Assembly (NCBI GenBank): GCA_026982565.1 | Contig: JALSGV010000042.1 | Span: 11,956 to 75,955 of the forward strand | Length of the DNA stretch: 64,000 nucleotides | Direction of reading: 5' to 3' | DNA from: Gammaproteobacteria bacterium | Lineage (GTDB): Bacteria > Pseudomonadota > Gammaproteobacteria > SZUA-140 | Shown: positions 10,020-19,075 of the stretch, piece by piece | Position numbering within the stretch: position 1 is the first letter of the stretch | Layout: every line of letters starts with the position of its first letter | The notes under the pieces: model-generated | What the model was told of the DNA's origin: nothing | What the model saw: only the letters and a program-made list of their open reading frames with translations | Database searches by the model: none | Translations under genes and position numbers: made by a program

Positions 10020-11108
10020 TCAGTCCCCTGAGGTCTTGTAGTCGATGCTGATGCGTTCGGCTGCGACGGGACGGAACAGCTTGTCGGCAAAGGCGACGTG
10101 GGCGGGATGTTCCCGGTAGCTGTCGATGACGTCGGGGTGGACGAAGGTGACCAGCCAGCAATACTGGTAGGCCGCGTTTTCCTTGACTGCCTTTCCGGTG
10201 ACCACCCTGCGCACACCGGGAATGCCGCTCAGGATGCGCCGTCCTTCCGCCATCATGCCCTCTGTCGCATGTTCGCCGATACCGCTGACATTGTAGATGA
10301 TCACGTGCTCCACGGGCTTCCAGCTGGCGCAATGGGTGAGGGCCTCCGAGGCGCGGCCCTCGCTGCCGCAGCGCCGCAGGCAGCGTTCCGCGGTTTCAAC
10401 GATGGCGCCACGCATGCCGTACAGTTGGATATGGTCTTCATCACAAGCGTTGCGCAGCCATGCGCCGGCGCCTTCCATCAGTGTCGTGTCAAAATCAACC
10501 CTGGCGATGCCCGCGGCAATGAACCGGCTCAGTAATGCATCCTCTGTTATGTTGTCGCCAGGCATGGACAGGATCACTCCTTCGGGAACATCGCCGGGCA
10601 ACCCGGCTCCGGGATCCGTATCGTCATTCACGGCCGGCAGGGAGAGGAAGTCGATGCCGGCCTGGAGCGCTTGGGCGATTGCCTCCCTGTCTTCGGGAGA
10701 GGCGATGCCGGCCGTTACGGGAACGCCGCAGCCATGGGCCATCTCGGCAATGCGCAACGCGAGTTGAAAGTCGCTGGGTGTCCAGCCTGTTGGTGCTGCG
10801 ACGCCAATGCTGTTACAGCCCAGGTTGATACCTTGAATGGCTTCAGACAGGTTGGTGCAACCCTCGAGGTGAATGGCTGTGGGGACTGAAGCGCGGCGGG
10901 CGGCGGTTTCCGCCGCCGCCGCCATTGCCTCCAGGTGTGATTCATTGTCAGGAGAGGCCGGCAGGCTCAGGATCACTGGCGCCCTGGCATTTTCGGCGGC
11001 TTCCAGGACACCCTCCAGAAATTCGAGACTGCGCACCGTGCAGGCGCCCACGGCATAGCCATGGTGCCGGGCGTGGTCGAGCATGTCTCGCACATGGACG
11101 AGCGCCAT
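10020..11108 (-). CDS. class II aldolase-like (zinc ligands missing) fused to a Dabb stress-responsive alpha/beta-barrel domain
   Basis: The N-terminus aligns by eye to GatY/FbaA-type class II aldolases (MALVHVRDMLDHARHHGYAVGA...APVILSL). It has AIHLEGC where HLDH is expected. The C-terminal ~95 aa (VEHVIIYNV...YREHPAHVAF) look like a Dabb domain. Confidence 0.7.
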   Translation of the reverse strand: MALVHVRDMLDHARHHGYAVGACTVRSLEFLEGVLEAAENARAPVILSLPASPDNESHLEAMAAAAETAARRASVPTAIHLEGCTNLSEAIQGINLGCNSIGVAAPTGWTPSDFQLALRIAEMAHGCGVPVTAGIASPEDREAIAQALQAGIDFLSLPAVNDDTDPGAGLPGDVPEGVILSMPGDNITEDALLSRFIAAGIARVDFDTTLMEGAGAWLRNACDEDHIQLYGMRGAIVETAERCLRRCGSEGRASEALTHCASWKPVEHVIIYNVSGIGEHATEGMMAEGRRILSGIPGVRRVVTGKAVKENAAYQYCWLVTFVHPDVIDSYREHPAHVAFADKLFRPVAAERISIDYKTSGD

Positions 11109-11129
11109 GGATTTCTCCTGGCCTGCCTG

Positions 11130-11807
11130 TCAGTCGTCGTTTCCGCTCATGGCCCCCAGCAGGTGCAGCAGGCTGGTGAACAGATTGAAAATGGAAACGT
11201 ACAAGGTCACTGTCGCCATAATGTAATTGGTTTCACCGCCATGAATGATTTCGCTGGTCTGATACAGAATCAGGCCTGCCATCAACAATACAAACATGGC
11301 GGAAACGGCCAGGGACAACACGGGCATTTCGAAGAATATCGCGCCCAGGCCGCCCAGAAAGGCCACCAGGATGCCGGCCATCAGGAAGCCGCCCATGAAG
11401 CTGAAGTCCTTGCGCGTGCTGAGGGCGTAGGCGGACAGGCCCAGGAAGATGGCGCCGGTGCCACCCATGGCGGTCATTACGATCTGACTGCCGTTAGGCA
11501 AGGCCAGATAGGCATTGAGGATGGGGCCCAGGGTGTACCCCATGAAGCCCGTCAGGGCAAACACAAACACCAGCCCGAGGCTGCTATTGCGGAATTTTGC
11601 CGTGGCGAACAAGAGGCCGAAATAACCGCCCAGGGTCAGCAACAGGCCGGGATGAGGCAGATTCATGACCATGGACACACCTGCCGTCAGGGCGCTGAAC
11701 AACAGCGTCATGGAGAGCAGGGTGTAGGTATTGCGTATGACCTTGTTGGTGGCGAGGACCGACGCCTGGCTGCGGGTGGTGGTGGAATTCATCAATGATG
11801 GGTTCAT
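11130..11807 (-). CDS. Bax inhibitor-1/YccA family membrane protein
   Basis: 225 aa, 7 TM segments, typical N-terminus (NKVIRNTYTLLSMTLLFSA). Confidence 0.85.
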   Translation of the reverse strand: MNPSLMNSTTTRSQASVLATNKVIRNTYTLLSMTLLFSALTAGVSMVMNLPHPGLLLTLGGYFGLLFATAKFRNSSLGLVFVFALTGFMGYTLGPILNAYLALPNGSQIVMTAMGGTGAIFLGLSAYALSTRKDFSFMGGFLMAGILVAFLGGLGAIFFEMPVLSLAVSAMFVLLMAGLILYQTSEIIHGGETNYIMATVTLYVSIFNLFTSLLHLLGAMSGNDD

Positions 11808-11837
11808 GATTATACGCTCCTGTCTTGTCTTATGTGT

Positions 11838-12188
11838 TCACTGGGTGCGGACGGTTTGGCCGTAGGTGATGCCCGAGCGCATCTTGAGGCGCTGGCGTTC
11901 CACGCGGCGCCCCACCGTGCGTCCGGCCCGATCAACGGCGCGGTCGATGGCCGCATAGAGGTCGGCCTCCGTATCCTTTATCACCACATCCGGGAGATGA
12001 TTGAGCACAACCTGGATATGACAGCATTTGTCCGCACCGCCGCGTGGGCCATTGATATCAGACAGCCGCACCACGATACGTTGGATATGTTCGTCCCGCG
12101 CGCTCAACACAAAGCCCAGGCGCCGCTTGATATGGTTGCGCAAGGCCTCCGTCAAGGGAAAACTGCGTGTCTGGATATCGATATGCAT
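11838..12188 (-). CDS. hpf: HPF/RaiA family ribosome-associated (hibernation) protein
   Basis: 116 aa; MHIDIQTRSFPLTEALRNHIKRRL...DLYAAIDRAVDRAGR matches the family pattern. SD GGGAGG lies upstream. Confidence 0.75.
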   Translation of the reverse strand: MHIDIQTRSFPLTEALRNHIKRRLGFVLSARDEHIQRIVVRLSDINGPRGGADKCCHIQVVLNHLPDVVIKDTEADLYAAIDRAVDRAGRTVGRRVERQRLKMRSGITYGQTVRTQ

Positions 12189-12251
12189 GATAGGCCTCCC
12201 ACGGATTGTTGACTGCTATTAACATAGGCTGTTTGCGAGGATGTAAAAAGT

Positions 12252-12275
12252 CGAATATTTTTATATCAATATTCG
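12252..12275. promoter_or_regulatory. 24-bp palindrome CGAATATT-N8-AATATTCG (copy 1), upstream of hpf
   Basis: Read directly from the sequence. It sits inside a ~45-bp stretch that is directly repeated at 13513-13557. Confidence 0.5.
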
Positions 12276-12311
12276 TAAATAACGATGTTGCCTGGAGTGG
12301 TCGATATGGTC

Positions 12312-12389
12312 CTATTCGACTATGGCTATATTGACTGCAACGGTAAAGGTGAGCAGTACAAGCATGACCAACCAGTATTCGTTGTTCAT
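12312..12389 (-). CDS. 25-aa hydrophobic peptide (MNNEYWLVMLVLLTFTVAVNIAIVE)
   Basis: Not in the ORF track (too short). Hand translation. Strong SD GGAGAGGAGG lies 7 nt upstream of the ATG. Located 58 nt downstream of the HCO-like gene on the same strand. Confidence 0.35.
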   Translation of the reverse strand: MNNEYWLVMLVLLTFTVAVNIAIVE

Positions 12390-12447
12390 TTCTTAACCTC
12401 CTCTCCTGATTCAGCGGCCGCTCCTCAGAGTCAGGTTTCCGGGAAGA

Positions 12448-13011
12448 TCATTTGGCGAAGATGGCCTTTGCCGTCATAAAGATATTGGCGAAGAATATCC
12501 AGAAGCCGATGCCCATCACGGTGGCCACCACGACGATGATAGGCGTGTATATTTTGTGTACTTCTTCCATCCCAGAGATATCATCTTGCAGCAGCAGATT
12601 GCCCTCGATGAACCCGAATACCATCAATGTGGTGTAGAAACCACTGATGCCCAGGGTGGTCCACCAGAACGTGTGTTGCACCAGTCTCTGAGAGAACAGC
12701 GGTGTTCCGGAAATACGCGGCAGAAGATAATAGGTGACCGCCATGCATAACAGCACCACACCACCCACGACATTGATATGGGCGTGGGCCAGGGGGTCGA
12801 TCATATGTCCTGGTCCACCATAGGGGCTGCCGATGGAATCCAGCCAGGCGCGTATCGGCGGTTGTATCTGGAGTACGCCATGGACTGTTCCGATGAAAAA
12901 CGAGGTGACGGAAACCAGTAGGAATTTGATGAGGCCGCGTTCAGCGGCTGTAGCTTCCGGTACGGTATGTGGTGAAATTTCTACTTCTTCATCTGCGCGC
13001 ATGCAGTTCAT
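12448..13011 (-). CDS. membrane protein resembling the N-terminal helices of heme-copper oxidase subunit I (CcoN/NorB-like), truncated form
   Basis: 187 aa, ~5 TM. The segment HAHINVVGGVVLLCMAVTYYLLPR...FWWTTLG resembles the helix II-IV region of cbb3/NOR subunit I. Assignment is by eye only. Confidence 0.45.
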   Translation of the reverse strand: MNCMRADEEVEISPHTVPEATAAERGLIKFLLVSVTSFFIGTVHGVLQIQPPIRAWLDSIGSPYGGPGHMIDPLAHAHINVVGGVVLLCMAVTYYLLPRISGTPLFSQRLVQHTFWWTTLGISGFYTTLMVFGFIEGNLLLQDDISGMEEVHKIYTPIIVVVATVMGIGFWIFFANIFMTAKAIFAK

Positions 13012-13430
13012 GTCTCCTCTATTTCTGCTGCGGGTTCTATACTACCCTGTACCAGCAGGGCGCCGGTGAAGATCACGAACGCCCTGATGATCAGAATGGC
13101 CTTGCCCTGGGCGTGGTGATCCTGCCTGATGCGGCCTTTGCCTTCTCCGCGTAGCAGCGCACGCCCCGCCTGGATTTGCACAGCATACAATACGAAGAGC
13201 GATACAACCGCCCCCAAGTGCATCCAAACGCCAAAGGTGAGTATATCCTCTTGCACGATGAGGCGCTCGTACCAGTCGTGTGTTGCGACCAGATAGAATG
13301 GGAACAGCAGGTCACTTATCATGATGAAGATCATCACAGGCACATGAAATCTTCTCACGCGCGCATGGTAGAAGGCAGCCACCATGAGCAGATACGTCGC
13401 CGTGGCATAGAGTACCGTTCCCGCTATCAT
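13008..13430 (-). CDS. 4-TM membrane protein (possibly DUF420-like)
   Basis: 140 aa and hydrophobic. Its stop overlaps the downstream start (ATGA). Confidence 0.45.
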   Translation of the reverse strand: MIAGTVLYATATYLLMVAAFYHARVRRFHVPVMIFIMISDLLFPFYLVATHDWYERLIVQEDILTFGVWMHLGAVVSLFVLYAVQIQAGRALLRGEGKGRIRQDHHAQGKAILIIRAFVIFTGALLVQGSIEPAAEIEET

Positions 13431-13519
13431 GGTGATTCTTCCGTACTCTCTCCCGAGGCTTGATGCATCATCAATTACTCAGTTGAAAAGGATAGATTTA
13501 TTTATAAATAAGAAAAAGT

Positions 13520-13543
13520 CGATTATTATTGGTAGAATATTCG
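13520..13543. promoter_or_regulatory. 24-bp palindrome CGATTATT-N8-AATATTCG (copy 2), in the divergent region between the HCO-like operon and nhaR
   Basis: Read directly from the sequence. Same arms and spacing as 12252-12275. Confidence 0.5.
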
Positions 13544-13565
13544 TATTTAACGAAGTGGCCGTGAC

Positions 13566-14510
13566 ATGATCAACTATAAGCATCTGCACTATTTCTGGGT
13601 CGTGGCAAAAGAAGGCAGTATAGCCCGCGCCAGTGAGCGCCTCCATTTGACTCCTCAAACCATCAGTGGGCAACTCAGTCTGCTGGAAGATAACCTGGGA
13701 GAGGCCCTGTTCACCCGTGTCGGGCGCAGCCTGGAACTCACGGAAACAGGACGTCTGGCACTCAGCTATGCCGATGAGATTTTCTCATTGGGCGGGGAGC
13801 TGGAGGAAATGGTGCGCAGTCTGCCTGGCGGCCGTCCCCTCCTGTTCAAGGTGGGCGTGGCGGATGTGGTGCCCAAGTCCATCGCCTATCGCCTGCTGGC
13901 GCCGGCCTTACAGTTGCAGGAGCAGGTGCGTATCGTATGCCGCGAAGGCGCTATCGACGCTCTCCTGGCTGAACTGGCGGTTCACCATGTCGATCTGGTG
14001 ATCGCCGACGGGCCGATTCCACCCGGTGTGAATGTGCGTGGATTCAATCACCCCCTGGGTGATTGTGGAATCACCTTTTTTGCCCTGCCGGACCTGGCGC
14101 GTCGCTTGCGCAAAGGGTTTCCACACAGCCTCAGTGGCGCTCCCTTTCTCATGCCGGGTGAAAGCACCGTGGTGCGCGGTCATCTTCTGCAATGGTTTGA
14201 CAAGCTCCATATCCATCCCCACATTGTAGGTGAGTTCGACGACAGCGCTCTGATGAAGGCGTTTGGCCGGGCCGGGGCCGGCGTCTTCGTGGCCCCGACG
14301 CCCATTGCGGACGAAGTGGAGAAACAATACGACGTGGTGCCCCTTGGCCAGACAGAGGAAGTGCGTGAGCAATTCTATGCCATTTCCGTGGAGCGCAAGA
14401 TTTCTCATCCTGCGGTATCGGCCATTACGACTGTTGCCCGTGAATGGCTGTTTAGGGACTCGAATGGGAATCAGCGGCGGAGTAAAAGACGTGGCAGGAA
14501 GCCGTCTTGA
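13566..14510 (+). CDS. nhaR: LysR-family transcriptional activator, NhaR-like
   Basis: MINYKHLHYFWVVAKEGSIARASERLHLTPQTISGQL is closely similar to the E. coli NhaR N-terminus. A cation/proton antiporter gene follows. Confidence 0.8.
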   Translation: MINYKHLHYFWVVAKEGSIARASERLHLTPQTISGQLSLLEDNLGEALFTRVGRSLELTETGRLALSYADEIFSLGGELEEMVRSLPGGRPLLFKVGVADVVPKSIAYRLLAPALQLQEQVRIVCREGAIDALLAELAVHHVDLVIADGPIPPGVNVRGFNHPLGDCGITFFALPDLARRLRKGFPHSLSGAPFLMPGESTVVRGHLLQWFDKLHIHPHIVGEFDDSALMKAFGRAGAGVFVAPTPIADEVEKQYDVVPLGQTEEVREQFYAISVERKISHPAVSAITTVAREWLFRDSNGNQRRSKRRGRKPS

Positions 14511-14579
14511 GGTTTCCTGGTGTCCTGAAAACTACAGCTTCCCGGGGTAGGCAGGCCAATTAAAGAAGGAGTGGAGTAG

Positions 14580-15791
14580 ATGGAGACCCATGATTTTTTT
14601 CTGTATCTACTGATTATTCTTCTTACCGCCCGCATCTTTGCGGAACTCGCGGTACGCATGCAGGCGCCCTCTGTCATCGGTGAATTACTGGCGGGGGTTG
14701 TTCTGGGGCCGAGCCTGTTGGGCTGGATCGAGCCTCTCGAAACCATCAAGCTGATGGCGGAGATCGGCATCATCCTGTTGTTGTTCGAGGTTGGCCTGGG
14801 GACGGATATCAAACGCCTGGTGCGCACCGGCGCCAAGTCCATAGTCGTCGCCTTGTTGGGTTTTGTACTGCCCCTGGCGCTGGGGTTTGCCTTGGGGTAT
14901 TGGGTTTTCAAGCTTCCCTTGCTGGTTTCCCTGTTCATCGGCGGCACCTTGACGGCGACCAGTATCGGCATAACGGTGCGTGTGCTATCGGATCTCAAAC
15001 GCCAGCATGCACCCGAGGGACAGATCGTGCTGGGCGCGGCCGTATTGGACGACGTGATGGGGGTGGTGCTGCTGGCGCTGCTCTATGAGTTCTCCCTGGG
15101 TGGCGGCGTCAGCCTGATCAGCGCCGGCAAGGTCCTGGTTTTCGTGGGGGCCTTCTTCATTCTGGCGCCCATCGCGGCCAAGATGATTTCCCTGATTATC
15201 AAGCGCTTCGACGAAGTGAGCGAGATCCCCGGCCTGCTGCCCACCACCATCGTATCGCTGGTGCTGTTTTTCGCCTGGCTGGCCAACGCCCTGGGGGCGC
15301 CGGAGTTGCTGGGAGGATTCGCCGCCGGGCTGGCGCTGTCACGGCGCTTTTTTCTCCCCCTGGGGATTGCGCTGCATGCGGATGAGCAGTTTGCGGGACG
15401 TATCGAGGAGCAGATGCGTCCCATCGTGCATTTGTTCACGCCCATATTCTTCGTCTTCGTCGGTCTCTCGCTCAGTCTGCGTGAAATCGACTGGGGTTCC
15501 CCTTTCATCTGGTGGTTTTCCCTGTCCTTGCTGGCCGCTGCAGTCATCGGCAAGCTGGTGGGGGCCTTTATCATCAAGGAGCCATGGCCCGCCCGGTGGG
15601 CCATCGGTCTTGCGATGACGCCACGAGGCGAGGTGGGGCTGATCTTTGCCGAGCTGGGCAGGGTGAGTGGTATATTCAGCAACGAAGTTCATGCAGGCAT
15701 GGTGATAGTGATCGCCCTGACCACGCTTTTACCCCCCTTCATCATGAAATGGTTCTATGGGCGTTACGCCGGCCGGATGAGTGGCTATTAA
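14580..15791 (+). CDS. cation:proton antiporter (Na+/H+ exchanger, CPA family)
   Basis: 403 aa, ~12 TM; the N-terminus (FFLYLLIILLTARIFAELAVRMQAPSVIGELLAGVVLGPS) is typical of the family. Confidence 0.8.
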   Translation: METHDFFLYLLIILLTARIFAELAVRMQAPSVIGELLAGVVLGPSLLGWIEPLETIKLMAEIGIILLLFEVGLGTDIKRLVRTGAKSIVVALLGFVLPLALGFALGYWVFKLPLLVSLFIGGTLTATSIGITVRVLSDLKRQHAPEGQIVLGAAVLDDVMGVVLLALLYEFSLGGGVSLISAGKVLVFVGAFFILAPIAAKMISLIIKRFDEVSEIPGLLPTTIVSLVLFFAWLANALGAPELLGGFAAGLALSRRFFLPLGIALHADEQFAGRIEEQMRPIVHLFTPIFFVFVGLSLSLREIDWGSPFIWWFSLSLLAAAVIGKLVGAFIIKEPWPARWAIGLAMTPRGEVGLIFAELGRVSGIFSNEVHAGMVIVIALTTLLPPFIMKWFYGRYAGRMSGY

Positions 15792-15792
15792 C

Positions 15793-15818
15793 CCGGCAAC
15801 GATATATATCGTTACCGG
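15793..15818 (+). terminator. hairpin after the antiporter gene
   Basis: CCGGCAACGATA-TA-TATCGTTACCGG (11/12 pairs) directly after the stop codon. The T tract is weak. Confidence 0.35.
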
Positions 15819-15932
15819 CTTGATAAGCCTGTCCCACTCATGGGTTGCACTGCAATCACATGAAACCGGGGCTGGTCAATCCGCCCGTGAGGTGTACCAT
15901 ATAGGGAAGATCACGACTACAGGAGGTGCGTC

Positions 15933-16958
15933 ATGACGGTTGCAGACGAACTTCAGGCAACCATCGAACTGATGGTACAAAGGGGCAAGGGGGTTCTTGC
16001 CGCCGACGAGAGTCTTCCCACCATTGCCAAGCGCTTCGCCCCCATCGATGTGGAGTCCACCGAAGAGAACCGGCGCGCCTACCGGGCCCTGCTGTTGACG
16101 GCGCCGGGTATCGAGGATTACATCAGTGGCGTCATCGAGTTCGAGGAAACCCTCGCCCAGGCCAGCGACGACGGCACGCCTTTGCCCGAGGTGCTGACAG
16201 CGCGCCATATCGTACCCGGTGTCAAGGTGGACAAAGGCAAGGGGCCGCTGGCCCTGTCACCCGGCGACCTCATCACCTATGGCCTGGATGGTCTGGCCGA
16301 GCGATTGCAGACCTACAAGTCGCAGGGGGCGCGTTTTGCCAAGTGGCGCGAGGTCTATCAGATCGGTGAGCGCAACCCCAGCCCGCTGGGCATCACGGCC
16401 AATGCCGAGATGCTGGCCCGCTATGCGGCGGTCTGCCAGGAACAGGGCGTGGTGCCCATCGTCGAACCGGAGGTGCTGATCGATGGCGATCACAGCCTGG
16501 CGCGCTGCGCCGAGGTGACGGAAGCCGTGCAGAAGGAGATCTTTCATGCCCTGCACCGCCATCACGTGGCCTTGGAGCACATGGTGCTCAAGCCCAACAT
16601 GGTGCTGCCCGGCAAGGACCATCCACACCGCGCCAGCGCCGAGGAGATCGCTGTGGCCACGGTGAAGGTGTTGCGCCGTTGTGTGCCCGCGGCGGTGCCC
16701 AGCATCAACTTTCTTTCCGGTGGTCTCACCCCCGAGGAGGCCACGGCCAATCTTAATGCCATGAATGCCTCCTTTCCCCACGAGCCCTGGCTGCTCTCCT
16801 TTTCCTACGGGCGGGCATTGCAGCAGCCGGTACTGGAGGCCTGGCAGGGCAGGGCGGCCAATATTTCCCTGGCCCAGCAGGCCCTGTTGAAGCGGGCGCG
16901 CCTCAACGGGGCCGCGCAGCGGGGTGAATACCATGCTGATATGGAGTATGAAGACTGA
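15933..16958 (+). CDS. fba: fructose-bisphosphate aldolase, class I
   Basis: GKGVLAADES near the N-terminus and the Schiff-base lysine context LKPNMV. Confidence 0.85.
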   Translation: MTVADELQATIELMVQRGKGVLAADESLPTIAKRFAPIDVESTEENRRAYRALLLTAPGIEDYISGVIEFEETLAQASDDGTPLPEVLTARHIVPGVKVDKGKGPLALSPGDLITYGLDGLAERLQTYKSQGARFAKWREVYQIGERNPSPLGITANAEMLARYAAVCQEQGVVPIVEPEVLIDGDHSLARCAEVTEAVQKEIFHALHRHHVALEHMVLKPNMVLPGKDHPHRASAEEIAVATVKVLRRCVPAAVPSINFLSGGLTPEEATANLNAMNASFPHEPWLLSFSYGRALQQPVLEAWQGRAANISLAQQALLKRARLNGAAQRGEYHADMEYED

Positions 16959-17036
16959 CGCGCGGTATTTTCTGTAACCTGGGTTGCGGATGCCGGTTCA
17001 GGCCGGTGTTATGGTGCGGGCAAAGAAGGAGAGCGG

Positions 17037-18080
17037 ATGTCTGACCTGTTGAAAAAAATGCTGCGCGACATGCTGCTGGCGCGCGCCTTCGAGGAGCGCG
17101 CCGCGGAGGAATATACCCAGGGGAATATCGGTGGTTTCCTGCATCTCTATCCCGGTGAAGAGGCGGTTGGGGTGGGGGTGTTGCATGCCGCGGAACCGGC
17201 GGACTATATCGTCTCCACCTACCGCGAGCACGTCCACGCCCTGGTGCGCGGTGTGCCGCCCGGCGCCGTCATGGCGGAACTGTTCGGCAGGAAGGGCGGC
17301 TGCAGCGGGGGCATGGGCGGCTCCATGCATCTGTTCGACCGGGAGCGGCGTTTCATGGGCGGCTACGCCATCGTCGGCGAGACCTTCCCTGTCGCCATAG
17401 GCATTGCCTATGCCATTGCCCTGCGCGAGCTGCCCGAGGCCGTGATCTGCTTTTTCGGCGACGGCGCCGTCAACCAGGGCACTTTTCATGAAAGCCTCAA
17501 CATGGCGGCCCTGTGGAAGCTGCCGGTGCTGTTCGTGTGCGAGAACAATCACTATCAGATCGGCACCGAGATTCACCGCCACTCGGCCGTTGCCGAGGTC
17601 TACAAGCGTGCCTGCGCCTACCGCATGCCGGCGCGCCGCATCGACGGCATGGACGTGCTGGCCGTTCACCAGGCCAGCCGCGAGGCGCTGGCGCAGGTGC
17701 GCGCTGGCAACGGGCCCCAACTCCTCGAATTCGAAACCTACCGTTTCCGCGGGCACTCCATGGCCGATTCCGGCAACTACCGTCCCCGGGTGGAAGTCAG
17801 GGCCTACGAAGACAAGGGGGATCCCCTCGATGTGGCCATGGCCGAGGCGGGGATGGACTATCCCGCCGCGGCGCGCCAAAGTGGCGATCACATCGGCCGC
17901 CTGGCGGAACAACTGGGCCGGGACGGGCATCTCAGCGCAGAAGGCCTGGCGGCCATGAAGGTGGAGGTCGCGGATACGGTGGCAAAGGCGGTGGCCTTCG
18001 CCGCCGACAGTCCACAACCCGTGATGGCGGATGCCGAGGCGGCGCTGGACTGCAATCGCAACCGGGAGGTCTTGATATGA
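17037..18080 (+). CDS. 2-oxoacid (pyruvate/acetoin-type) dehydrogenase E1 component, alpha subunit
   Basis: TPP-binding motif FFGDGAVNQG...ENNHY; 347 aa. Confidence 0.85.
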   Translation: MSDLLKKMLRDMLLARAFEERAAEEYTQGNIGGFLHLYPGEEAVGVGVLHAAEPADYIVSTYREHVHALVRGVPPGAVMAELFGRKGGCSGGMGGSMHLFDRERRFMGGYAIVGETFPVAIGIAYAIALRELPEAVICFFGDGAVNQGTFHESLNMAALWKLPVLFVCENNHYQIGTEIHRHSAVAEVYKRACAYRMPARRIDGMDVLAVHQASREALAQVRAGNGPQLLEFETYRFRGHSMADSGNYRPRVEVRAYEDKGDPLDVAMAEAGMDYPAAARQSGDHIGRLAEQLGRDGHLSAEGLAAMKVEVADTVAKAVAFAADSPQPVMADAEAALDCNRNREVLI

Positions 18081-19075
18081 AGAGCGGGGAATGCCTGTAC
18101 TGGCAGGCCCTCAACCGCGCCCTGGATGCCGAGATGGTCGCCGACGGCGATGTGATCGTACTGGGTGAGGATGTGGGCTTGTATGGCGGCAGCTACCGCG
18201 TCACCGAGGGCCTGTACGCCAAGTATGGAGAATGGCGGGTGCGCGACACGCCCATTTCGGAGGGCAGTTTCACCGGCCTCGGCGTGGGGGCGGCGCTGGT
18301 GGGGTTGCGCCCGGTGGTGGAGATCATGACCATCAATTTCGCCCTCCTGGCCCTGGACGCCATCATCAACATGGCGGCCAAGATTCCCTTCATGTCCGGC
18401 GGGCAGTTTCCCATGCCCCTGGTGGTGCGCATGCCCGGCGGGGTGGCCAGGCAGCTTGCCGCCCAGCATTCCCAGCGCCTGGAACAGACCCTCATGAACG
18501 TGCCGGGTCTGCGGATCGCCGTGCCGGCCACGCCCCAGGATGCCTGGTGGCAGCTGCGTCAGGCGATCCGCAGCGATGAGCCCATCGTGGTGCTGGAGCA
18601 CGAACTGCTCTATTTCGGCAAGGGGCCGCTGGATGAACACGCGGAGGCGCCGCCCATGCACCGCGCCCGGGTCTGCCGGCCGGGTGATGATCTCACCATC
18701 GTCACTTATTCACGCATGCGCGACCTGTCCCTGCAGGCTGCTGAGCAATTGGCGGAGAAGGGTATCGAGGCGGAGGTCATCGACTTGCGCAGCCTGCGTC
18801 CCATCGACTGGGACACCTGTATCCGCTCCCTCGGCAAGACCCATCGCCTGCTGGTGGTGGAAGAGGACTCCTGTTTTGCCGGGGCCGGGGCCGAGATAGT
18901 CGCCACCCTCGCCGAACGTTGTTTCTTCACCCTGGACCAGGCGCCACGGCGGGTCGCGGGCCGGGAACTGCCCATTGCCTACAATGCCCGCCTGGAGGCG
19001 GCCAGCATCCCCTCGGTGTCAACCATCGTGGCGGTGGCCGGGGCAATGTGTGAGAACAAGGGAGATCTGCCATGA
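18077..19075 (+). CDS. 2-oxoacid dehydrogenase E1 component, beta subunit
   Basis: Start MKSGECLYWQALNRALDAEM at 18077 overlaps the alpha-subunit stop (ATGA). The listed 520-aa ORF from 17513 is an out-of-frame upstream extension. Confidence 0.85.
   Translation: MKSGECLYWQALNRALDAEMVADGDVIVLGEDVGLYGGSYRVTEGLYAKYGEWRVRDTPISEGSFTGLGVGAALVGLRPVVEIMTINFALLALDAIINMAAKIPFMSGGQFPMPLVVRMPGGVARQLAAQHSQRLEQTLMNVPGLRIAVPATPQDAWWQLRQAIRSDEPIVVLEHELLYFGKGPLDEHAEAPPMHRARVCRPGDDLTIVTYSRMRDLSLQAAEQLAEKGIEAEVIDLRSLRPIDWDTCIRSLGKTHRLLVVEEDSCFAGAGAEIVATLAERCFFTLDQAPRRVAGRELPIAYNARLEAASIPSVSTIVAVAGAMCENKGDLP

Noticed and set aside
12244-13557. Possible sigma-54 promoters in the two 45-bp repeats (GGCAAC-N4-TTAT / GGCCAC-N4-TTAA on the minus strand).
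   Set aside because: A GG is present at -24, but the invariant GC at -12 is missing in both copies.
17513-18076. N-terminal 188 aa of the 520-aa ORF 17513..19075.
   Set aside because: It overlaps E1 alpha in another frame and is Arg/Gly/Pro-rich. The E1 beta homology starts at MKSGECLYWQALN (18077).
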